From NCBI GenBank assembly GCA_036339735.1, contig JAYZAL010000044.1, forward strand, positions 1 to 43,560: a DNA stretch of 43,560 bases, in the 5' to 3' direction. Shown here piece after piece: positions 30,397 to 39,070 of the stretch (position 1 is the stretch's first letter; every line of letters begins with the position of its first letter). Source of the stretch: Candidatus Poribacteria bacterium (GTDB lineage: Bacteria > Poribacteria > WGA-4E > UBA9662). The notes beneath the pieces were generated by a model. It was not told the DNA's origin. It did no database searches and worked only from the letters and a program-made list of their open reading frames with translations. Both the position numbers and the translations under genes were made by a program.

Positions 30397-30629
30397 TCAT
30401 GCGGGATATTTAGTTGTATATGATGTACCTTCAGAAGACCGTAAAGCACAAAAGCCTTCTGATAGATGATCGTTGGAATGTTTAAGGATACAAATGAAAA
30501 ATGAATAGGTCGACTTTTCCTCGCTTCTGAATATTTTTGCTTGGTCATTCCTTAACCATAAATCAATTAAAAGATCTTGATTTATAATTATGAGTTTACA
30601 TTGAAAATGGTATAAAATAAATGTTGCAT
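30397..30629 (-). pseudogene. Probable degraded metallo-beta-lactamase-fold hydrolase remnant
   Basis: AAGGAG RBS and ATG at 30629, then a frameshift into ..TFILYHFQCKLIIINQDLLIDLWL...ICILKHSNDHL, resembling LIDPW and the HxHxDH motif. Confidence 0.4.
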
Positions 30630-30728
30630 ATGTTACTCCTTGTCTATGCAACTAATAAAACCACGCCGGGTCAATCATGGTAGATCCCCTCACCATTTAC
30701 CTAGCTATAGCCTTTGTTCCCTGAATGC

Positions 30729-30767
30729 AAAAGTGCCTAGTTTAATTGCTTCCTAGGCACTTTTTTT
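30729..30767 (+). terminator. Rho-independent terminator-like hairpin
   Basis: Perfect 12-bp inverted repeat AAAAGTGCCTAG-(12 nt)-CTAGGCACTTTT that runs into a T7 tract. Confidence 0.7.
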
Positions 30768-31576
30768 GTTCCTAGGTTATTTCTTGACTGTAAATCGATT
30801 AAGTACTTTTTTAATAAATTTAGACTCTTTAGGAATTAAACTTCCGGTGATACTGACTATTTCAAATAATTACTATTTTGCATGTGCTTTAGACAGTATT
30901 AATCTGTTAGGTTATACGATCAAGCGATCAAGTATGCTAAAAAAGAATTAAGTAAAAAGGAAACGCCCTCGATTGCTTCAGTTCTATGTTGTTTTAGGAT
31001 GTTTTACCTTTCAGCCTTCAAGTCTTAGGGGTAACGGCTCAGCCGATCTAAATTGCTAATAGATTATATTCGATAAGGCCCATTATTAGACGTTAATGTG
31101 ATTAAATCTTAATTCTCTGCATTTTCAGTTTTTGCCATTTTTCAGATTTTCTTTTTTCTTCTGTTCTGCTAAAAGTTTGGTCTTTTTTCTCATTCAAAAA
31201 CTCAACCGCTTCTATTATTCCACGGTTTAACGTATTATACGTCCTAACAAATTAAAATGGACTCACAGGAAAAATACTCTTATAGAAGAATGAATATTAC
31301 CAAATTCTCTATAAAACAGATATAAATTATATTTGGTACAACTAATGCTCAATCCTAAGGTATTGATCAGTTTATTCATTATTGAGCAAGTAATAATTAG
31401 GAAACAATAACGGGATATACCTATCCTTCCTCCATGCATCTCTTAGTTGTGTTTTAGTATAGTGGATTTTTTAATCGTTTAGGTGTACAAAATTCAAGCA
31501 AATAACCCATTCCTTTGATCGCCAAGTATTATCTTGTTCAACCTTTCTTTCATTTTTTTAAGTGAGACTATTTATA

Positions 31577-32341
31577 ATGAAAAGATTATTTATAATTTTA
31601 TTTTTTTACATAATATTGAGCATTTCATTGATCATCAATTCCAATGCGGGAAATGTATTTGTCGAAAATTTCGAAGATGCTAAAATCGGCGATTGGCTAG
31701 TTTACGATGAATTAGACAAGAATTTATCTTGGAAGGGGCCGTCAGATTGGAAACTCAAAGAGGATGGTATAGAAGGAATAGGACTTTACCAGGGAGCGAA
31801 TCTCTGGGGAGATCCTACTGATACTGTGCCTATTGGTTCAATAATAGTTTATTCCAAGTTGAAATGGACTGACTTTATTTTAGAAGTTGATGTGCTTACC
31901 ACAGATGATGATACTATGGGTATTGTTTGGCGTTTCAAGGATTTGACAGAACATTATCGTTTTGTGACACTCCAATCGAACTTGGATAAAGGTGAGAGTG
32001 GCCCTTGGAGAAAGTTAGAAGTTCGATTAGGAAAAGGAAAAGGGGAAAAACTGCCATTCTATAAAACTATAAAAACTGAAAAAGGTAAATCTTATACTTC
32101 TGGCTCTCCAACCCATTGGAAATTGGCAGTTAGAGGAAATACCTTTTCGGTCGAAATTGATGGGAAAAGAAGTTTATTGGGTACTGACGATCGATACAAA
32201 TCATCTGGCTATATTGGTTTCACAATTTCCTCTCAACAAGGAGTATTCTTTGATAATTTATCGGTAACTGATATTCTTGATGTACAGAAAGTGAATGTTA
32301 TAGCTTCAACTTGGGCAAAGATTAAGTCTGTTCACAAATAA
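31577..32341 (+). CDS. Secreted concanavalin/DUF1080-like beta-sandwich protein with C-terminal TWxxIK tail
   Basis: Signal peptide MKRLFIILFFYIILSISLIINSNA; WTDFILEVDV...DDD.MGIVWR, G..F.VEIDG, SGYIG, FFDNL.V pattern; ends DVQKVNVIASTWAKIKSVHK. The ORF track starts it at GTG 31562. Confidence 0.75.
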   Translation: MKRLFIILFFYIILSISLIINSNAGNVFVENFEDAKIGDWLVYDELDKNLSWKGPSDWKLKEDGIEGIGLYQGANLWGDPTDTVPIGSIIVYSKLKWTDFILEVDVLTTDDDTMGIVWRFKDLTEHYRFVTLQSNLDKGESGPWRKLEVRLGKGKGEKLPFYKTIKTEKGKSYTSGSPTHWKLAVRGNTFSVEIDGKRSLLGTDDRYKSSGYIGFTISSQQGVFFDNLSVTDILDVQKVNVIASTWAKIKSVHK

Positions 32342-32373
32342 TAAAAGTAGCAACAATAGGATATGTATCAAAG

Positions 32374-34368
32374 TTGAGACCGTCTGAGCTCCCCCCTATT
32401 CCCTATGAGCAAAAGGTTTATCATGCTGTCACCTACCGGTCGATTCTTATAGGTGCCTTACTGATTCCACCGAATAGTTTCTGGATTATGCAGGTAGAAG
32501 GTGTTTGGAACATCGGTCACTCCACGTGTCTTTCACTGATGTGGCACGTGATCTTGAACCTACTTACCCTGATCCTGATTAACCGGTTGTTGGTTGAACG
32601 AAAATTCCCCCAACAATCCTTAACCCAAGGAGAACTGATAACAATTTATACTATGCTCTCCCTAGCTGGTGGTATTGCTGGAAGGGATTCTTATCAGATC
32701 TTGGTTCCTGTTATGGGCTGGGCTTTCGAGTTTGCTACCCCTGAGAACGAATGGAACCAACTATTTCACCGTTTTTTGCCTGATTGGTTAATATTGCGAG
32801 AACCAGATGTTTTGCGTCAGCTATACCGTGGAGATTCAACACTCTACAAATGGCCGACCTTACGGGTACTCGTGACACCCATCCTTTGGTGGAGCCTGTT
32901 TGTATTGGTACTCGGCCTAACTATGTTCTGTTTGAATGTTTTGGTTCGTAAGCAATGGATACAGAATGAGAAACTCAGCTATCCGATTATCCAATTACCT
33001 TTAGCTATTACCCAAAGTAACGATAGTCATTGGCAAGCACACGGGAGCCGATTTTTTAGAAATCGACTTTTGTGGGCCGGATTTTCGATCGGTGGGGCAA
33101 TCAATATTATCAATGGTATCCATCATTTAGTACCATCTTTCCCACATCTTCCTGTCACTTACTTAGACTATAATCTAGGCCAATACTTCACCAACAAACC
33201 GTGGAGTGCTGTGGGAAGATTTCCTTTTCCGATCTATCCGTTTGTTATTGCCATCGGTTTTTTTCTTCCCTTAGACTTGGCATTTTCAACCTGGTTTTTC
33301 TATTTGTTTCGTAAAGTTCAACAGGTAGCCGGTGTGGCGTTAGGCATAAAATCTCTACCCGCCTTCCCCTACCTTAATCAGCAATCAACTGGTGCTTGGG
33401 TAGGATTGTTCGTGGTCGTTATGTGGGCAGGCCGTACTCATTTTAGATCTGTTTTTCGCCAGGTCTTTTCTCTATCATCATCAACTAAGGACATTAATGA
33501 CGAGTTGGGTAAAGATTCACCAATGTCCTACCAACTAGCTTGTCTTGGTATTCTCTTTGGCTCAATGGCGATCGTTCTATTTTGTCATCAAGCGGGTTTA
33601 TCTTTATGGATTATTCCGCCTTTCTTTTTCATATTCTTCATGCTTTCGATTGCTATTACTCGTGCGAGAGCCGAGTTGGGTCCACCTACACACGAACTAG
33701 CTGGGATGAACCCTGGAAACCTAATGGTGGATCTAGTCGGTACTCGTCAAATAGGTGCCAATAATTTATCAATCTTCCCTCTCTTCTGGTTTTTCGCTGG
33801 CCGCGGGTATCGCGGCCATCTGATGCCTCACCAACTAGAATGTTTGAAAATGGCAGAGCAAACCCGAATGAATGTCCAAAAATTAGGATTGGCTATGCTA
33901 ATCGCCATCTTTTTAGGTAGCCTCTCCGCTTTCTGGGCTCTGTATCACTTGGCTTTTATCGAAGGTTTGGGCGTCATTCCGATTGGGCACGATTCCGGTG
34001 TTTTTCGGATGTTAGCGGGACGTCTTAACCACCCAACACCAGCTGATCTGCCGGCAACCAGTTTTATGGGAGTTGGTATGTTGACGACCTTTTTGCTGAT
34101 GTTTTTGAGAACTAGATTCTTATGGTGGCCGCTTCATCCCGTGGGTTATGCACTATCGATGAATTTCGGTATCGATTACATATGGTCTTGTCTGATTTTT
34201 AGTTCTATCATCAAGCGAATTATTTTATCTTACGGTGGCGTTGGAACCTACCGTCGTGCTATTCCCTTTTTCCTCGGCGTTATTCTAGGAGAGTATGTGA
34301 TTGGTGGTTTTTGGAGCCTAATTGGTGTGATACTGCAGTACAAGACTTATGATTTCTACTTCGCCTGA
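32374..34368 (+). CDS. DUF6785/DUF6784-type multi-pass membrane protein (putative peptide-transporter-like), paralog 1
   Basis: ELITIYTML, ATPENEW, LVRKQW..NEKLSYPI.QLP, RARAELG, WWPLHPVGY, ILSYGG...YRRA.PFFLG.ILGE; many TM helices. Confidence 0.8.
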   Translation: MRPSELPPIPYEQKVYHAVTYRSILIGALLIPPNSFWIMQVEGVWNIGHSTCLSLMWHVILNLLTLILINRLLVERKFPQQSLTQGELITIYTMLSLAGGIAGRDSYQILVPVMGWAFEFATPENEWNQLFHRFLPDWLILREPDVLRQLYRGDSTLYKWPTLRVLVTPILWWSLFVLVLGLTMFCLNVLVRKQWIQNEKLSYPIIQLPLAITQSNDSHWQAHGSRFFRNRLLWAGFSIGGAINIINGIHHLVPSFPHLPVTYLDYNLGQYFTNKPWSAVGRFPFPIYPFVIAIGFFLPLDLAFSTWFFYLFRKVQQVAGVALGIKSLPAFPYLNQQSTGAWVGLFVVVMWAGRTHFRSVFRQVFSLSSSTKDINDELGKDSPMSYQLACLGILFGSMAIVLFCHQAGLSLWIIPPFFFIFFMLSIAITRARAELGPPTHELAGMNPGNLMVDLVGTRQIGANNLSIFPLFWFFAGRGYRGHLMPHQLECLKMAEQTRMNVQKLGLAMLIAIFLGSLSAFWALYHLAFIEGLGVIPIGHDSGVFRMLAGRLNHPTPADLPATSFMGVGMLTTFLLMFLRTRFLWWPLHPVGYALSMNFGIDYIWSCLIFSSIIKRIILSYGGVGTYRRAIPFFLGVILGEYVIGGFWSLIGVILQYKTYDFYFA

Positions 34369-35143
34369 GATTGGGCTCAGGAAAAATTTAGATGGGACGC
34401 TTAAACTTCTTGATATAGTATGTTCAAACAAGAGACTACACAAAATATATAGGTGCTATAAGTAAAAAAGATTATTATGTTCCTATTTCTGATAGAAAAA
34501 ATAATCGGTGTTAAGGACAAAGGTGAATTGGAAGAGGTTAATAGGCTTTTCAATTCCAGCATTTGAGTAATTTTTGTATCAATGTTTACTTTGGAAAATT
34601 AAAAGAATACCCTAAAGCGACAGGCTGGTGAAAGACGAGAAACCATACTTAGACAGCAGGGGCTACTAAGAGACTCAGAAAATGAGGATAAAGAAGGAGA
34701 GATGAATCCAAATATCTCTAAGACAGAGTCTACATCGTTCTAATATCGAGCAACAATTAAATCTAAGTTTATGGTGTTTAATTATACCATTTGATAATCT
34801 AGACCTGTAAAATTGCCCCCGATTATTTCTCAGTATGCTTGAAATCATTCTGTTAAAATTCCGTTTCCACACACAGTTTTTTCGATTATTTTCCTTGGAC
34901 TAGTGTATTCCTACTCCATCCACTTTTGTTTGTCAACCCATTTGGAAATGGGGCCTCGATTGTTTTGCTGGTCAATGGACAAGCCAAACCAAATAGAAGT
35001 CTAGTTAGTTGACTCACTTAGATTTTCTTTGTGGTTATCAATCAAAATATTCGGTATTTCGAATTGCCCTACCATGTGTAGGCTGGTGTTCTTTCATTAG
35101 GGGTAAACCTAATTGAGACCATTGGTTTGGCCTCATCAGATTT

Positions 35144-37096
35144 CTAAAAACTCCCACCAAAAAATATCTGCTGATGAATTATATTACCTACGATTGTCCA
35201 AATACTTCCGATTGTATACTCTCCCAAAATTAACCCAAGAAAAAACGGTTGTGCTTGTTGATATTTCTTAATCCCTCCGTACTTGATTAATAAGTATTTG
35301 AGAAAAAAGCCAACCAAGATTGAAAACCAGAAATGGTTAATGTCCAGGCTATTTGATATTGCGTATCCCGCAGGGTGTAATTTCCACCATAAGAAGTATT
35401 GACGCATAAAGTTAAACCATATTACAGCTCCAAATCCGGTACCAATAGCTAATAGCCCACCATAATCTATATCATCTGATGGGCCTGTTAACCAATTTGC
35501 TAAACGGGTATACACCACGTGTGCAAAACGCTCTAGCGAACTCCCCCCATGCTGGTAAGCTACGTGTAAGTAGATCCAGAAAAATGATACGACTCCTACT
35601 ACAAGAGCTATCATTACAGATGGAAATAATAAACTGTAATGAGATTTTGCTCTATTCAATAGTGCATATCCCTCGATTTGGTGAGGTTGTGGATGAGCAC
35701 GATAGGTAAAGTTAAAAAAACCAAGCATAGACATTATACTGATATTTTTATATCCCAAGCGGCGGGGGCTGAAAATACTAGGTAACATTTGGTCAGGACC
35801 AGTGAAATGAAAATCATGGAGTGGTACTCCCATTTCAGCACGAAAACGTGCTACGCCCAGCGAAATAAAATAATATAAAATAAAAAATAATAGAGCTAAC
35901 CAGATTGATAAACCTGCTTTCCACATAAAGATAGATAAAATAATAATACCTAGTACTATACCTAGAAGAGGCCATTTTAAAGTCATAAAGTCTTTTTTGG
36001 TTTCCCTATCCAAAGGATATGATTGTGCTTGCCGGCTATTTCTCATGATTGAAGTACCGGAAATGAGTTTATGCCCACTCCACAAAGCTATAACGGTAAT
36101 GCCTGCTAATGCACCAAAGGACTGTTGGTTTAAGTAAACCAAGTACCCAGAATAAGCAACCTGCTGTGCCCCTAAACTAACCGCTACAATCCGTTGAACT
36201 TTAGATAAGAAAAAAAAGAAGACGCACGAAATTGACATGTCAAGTGGCATAAAGAAAGCCAAGCCAATCACTGGGGCAACGACTCCGACTCGAAAGGCAC
36301 CCATTGATCTCCAGGGTTGAGCTGTTATGTATTGACTTAGATTGTGATTCTTAGGATGTATTTTAATCGGTGGAATGGTTGGAAATAGGTCAGCTAAACC
36401 ATTGACCAAAGCAATACCGCCAGAAATTGCTACTCCAAACCAAAGGGCATTTTGGGAAAAAATGCTCTTGTGATTTGACCTAATACTTAGTCTAGTTTGA
36501 TGGCTCATTGCCAGGGGCAATTGGATAATTGGGTAGGATAATCGTTCGTGTTCTACCCAATTCGCACGGATACACAAGGTAATACAATGCATTACAAAGA
36601 CCAAAACAATTATAAAACCTGACCACCATATGGCAGGCATGAACCAGCTTGCTATGTGTGGCCAATGATAGAAAGTCGAATCACCTTGGTAATAGGCCAT
36701 TACGGATTTTTTGTTACTTACTGACAGCCAGCTTGGTATGTATTTACCAAATAAATTTTTCCAGTCATTTTCAACTGTTGCTCGGCGAAACGGCACTTCC
36801 ATCATAGTAGTTAATGTCTGCATCATCTGGAATGACTGAATAGCCGAGGCCACACTCAGCATTACATAGATTATGATCAGTTCTTCTCGATTTAAAACTG
36901 ATCTGGGCAAGAAACGAGCTAATACTTGGTTAAATATGACGAGTAGAAGTAAGATGAAAATGACATTAAAAAAAGGTGAGATGATAGTAGGAATGGGTTG
37001 GTATTGGTAGGGCTGGCGAGAAATTATTAACCAATAACAGTTGATTGGAATCAGTATAGAGCCTAATATTGTCGCTCTTGCAGATAATCGAAGCAT
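35144..37096 (-). CDS. DUF6785/DUF6784-type multi-pass membrane protein, paralog 2
   Basis: Shares motifs with 32374-34368: ELIIIYVML, ATVENDW, W.EHERLSYPIIQLP, RFRAEMG, WWKLHPAGY, KYGG...Y..AQPFFLGLILGE. Confidence 0.8.
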   Translation of the reverse strand: MLRLSARATILGSILIPINCYWLIISRQPYQYQPIPTIISPFFNVIFILLLLVIFNQVLARFLPRSVLNREELIIIYVMLSVASAIQSFQMMQTLTTMMEVPFRRATVENDWKNLFGKYIPSWLSVSNKKSVMAYYQGDSTFYHWPHIASWFMPAIWWSGFIIVLVFVMHCITLCIRANWVEHERLSYPIIQLPLAMSHQTRLSIRSNHKSIFSQNALWFGVAISGGIALVNGLADLFPTIPPIKIHPKNHNLSQYITAQPWRSMGAFRVGVVAPVIGLAFFMPLDMSISCVFFFFLSKVQRIVAVSLGAQQVAYSGYLVYLNQQSFGALAGITVIALWSGHKLISGTSIMRNSRQAQSYPLDRETKKDFMTLKWPLLGIVLGIIILSIFMWKAGLSIWLALLFFILYYFISLGVARFRAEMGVPLHDFHFTGPDQMLPSIFSPRRLGYKNISIMSMLGFFNFTYRAHPQPHQIEGYALLNRAKSHYSLLFPSVMIALVVGVVSFFWIYLHVAYQHGGSSLERFAHVVYTRLANWLTGPSDDIDYGGLLAIGTGFGAVIWFNFMRQYFLWWKLHPAGYAISNSLDINHFWFSILVGFFLKYLLIKYGGIKKYQQAQPFFLGLILGEYTIGSIWTIVGNIIHQQIFFGGSF

Positions 37097-37397
37097 AGAA
37101 GTAATAAGAAATTAATGGCCGACTGTAACTGTTGCAACTACATACTGGGGCAGATGATAAAAAATTCCACAATTCACCTTCAGTAATGGATTATACTCTA
37201 GCATGTTGACTTTCAAATTTCTAATGTTAACAGCGACACAAAATCGTGTTTGATTGACTTGTTCAAAGTTCTTTTTTTAGACATTTTTTTAATTCTCCCT
37301 ATTTGGGTGTGTAAACACCTCCAATTTATAGGTTAATGCCTACTAGTAATTGTGTACAATAGGTAAGCTTCTAATCTCCTCCTTTAAGGCAAATATT

Positions 37398-38348
37398 ATG
37401 CAATTAGATTCAGACTTGTACTCTAGCGTTTATCAACTCCTTACTCAAGTGGATGAAAATCGGTTGCGTAAAAACCTGTTCCATCTTTCAAAGTCTCCTT
37501 TACCCTTTCGTAAACTCAATTACAAAAGACTCAAAGCAGAAGAAAATACGTTATATGAAGCTGATAATTTCATCAGTGAACAGTTGCAAAAGTCTGGTTA
37601 CTCAGTGGAAAAAGAAAGTGTAGTTGTCAAAGCTTTTAGTTGCGATACTTCCAAGCCAAAGGCTCACCAGTATTCCCCCCCAACGGCAGATTCGACAGAA
37701 TTTACAGCCTATAACCTATATGCTAAAAAGTATGGATCACAATATCCGGAAGAAGTTATTCTCTTTCTTGCACATAAAGACTCCCAGAGTTGGGTGGATT
37801 CACCAGGAGCCTATGATAACTGTACTGGGACTGTGGCTACAATGGAGATTGCTCACCTGCTAGCTAACCATAATTGCAAAAGATCCGTTTGGTTTTTGTT
37901 TTGCAATGAGGAACATACTCCTTGGACGAGTATCGCCGCAGCCCAAAATGCTAGGATTAAAGGCACCAACTTAATTGCCATCTTTAACCTTGATTCATTG
38001 GGAGGGAAATCGAAGCAATCTTTAGATTCTGGGCTAAAAACTAATGTTACATTGTATACTGAACCCGAAGGAGAACCCTTTGCCGATCTAATGACCGAAG
38101 TCAACGAGATTTATAACATTGGACTTCTACAAACAAAATTCATGCGTCAGCGACCTGGAGATGACGATGGATCCTTTATCAATGCGGGCTTTCCAATGGC
38201 GGTTATGAATGTAGGCTCTTATCCTTATGCAGACCCTAATTATCATCTCGAAACCGACCGGCCTGAGCTCGTAGATATTGAAAATGTACGATTAGCCACC
38301 CAAGCCAGCTTGGCATCAGGATTACACGTGGATTACTATGGAACATAA
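37398..38348 (+). CDS. M28 family Zn-dependent peptidase
   Basis: AHKDS, SPGAYDNCTG, NEE, NLD, DD.SF...G.P, YH...D: the M28 metal-binding set. No signal peptide. The ORF track starts it at TTG 37350. Confidence 0.88.
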   Translation: MQLDSDLYSSVYQLLTQVDENRLRKNLFHLSKSPLPFRKLNYKRLKAEENTLYEADNFISEQLQKSGYSVEKESVVVKAFSCDTSKPKAHQYSPPTADSTEFTAYNLYAKKYGSQYPEEVILFLAHKDSQSWVDSPGAYDNCTGTVATMEIAHLLANHNCKRSVWFLFCNEEHTPWTSIAAAQNARIKGTNLIAIFNLDSLGGKSKQSLDSGLKTNVTLYTEPEGEPFADLMTEVNEIYNIGLLQTKFMRQRPGDDDGSFINAGFPMAVMNVGSYPYADPNYHLETDRPELVDIENVRLATQASLASGLHVDYYGT

Positions 38349-38359
38349 TCAGAAAATGC

Positions 38360-38901
38360 TTATTCAGGAGATAAATAACCCTCGGCAATTTTCACTTCCC
38401 GGCAAATCGTCCAGTTTTTGCTAATAGACCAAAGCATTTGGTCTCATTATTACCTAAACCAATTGCGCCGATCAGCCTTCCTCTTTTCAGCTTTTTCAGT
38501 GTGTGAATGATTGAGATACATAGTTTTTCGTACCAACCCACATCTCTATTTCAAGCCCATGCCTGAATACCGATTTCTAATCTGTGTTTTCGTAACAACC
38601 ATAAAGAATGCCCAATAACCCTTTCATCCAAAATGGTGAACGACCATACGGTCAAGATTGTCAACTTTAGTACTAATCAAAACTGATTTGTTATCATGTT
38701 AGCTCAGTATAAGACTCATTAATCCTTCACTTTCCACTGATCCATATACGTTTATGTTAGTATCCAAGGAAAATAGATGATCAAGTAAATATATTGTACC
38801 CGACTGAGAAATATTTTGAATTCACCGATAAACCAATCACAACCTAAACCAATGCACATTACTTGGTAGCAAGTCCAACCAATCCTATTGGTTTGTAACA
38901 T
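38360..38901 (-). pseudogene. Aldo/keto reductase pseudogene (frameshifted, truncated)
   Basis: From ATG 38901: MLQTNRIGWTCYQVMCIGLG; next frame ..VYGSVESEGLMSLILS*...SVLISTKV; next frame ..SLWLLRKHRLE...LKKLKRGRLIGAIGLG...TGRF. These AKR motifs appear in the correct order across three frame segments. Confidence 0.75.
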
Positions 38902-39070
38902 ATCCTTATTCTATCCCAATTCACTCACATATAAAATTAGGTGATTTTATAGTTTCGCAACAAAGTCTTGTTTACCTTTACAATCATAGAGATTTATAAT
39001 GTCTTATGAAAAATTCGCGGCGGCTTCTAGAACGCAATTGGTTTGGATGAAGTTTCCTCGGATTGATTGA

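Noticed and set aside
29030..30951. Short ORF-track calls (29030-29212, 29451-29699, 30093-30320, 30360-30548, 30766-30951) as real small proteins
   Set aside because: No RBS or recognisable motifs; some are antisense to or overlap pseudogene remnants.
28752..31561. CRISPR array, IS element or prophage remnant in the long non-coding tract
   Set aside because: No regularly spaced direct repeats, terminal inverted repeats, transposase or integrase fragments were seen.
34369..35143. TPR-like gene remnant or the 65-aa ORF between the two membrane paralogs
   Set aside because: Fragments such as KGELEEVNRLF look protein-like but are too degraded to assign, so no feature is called.
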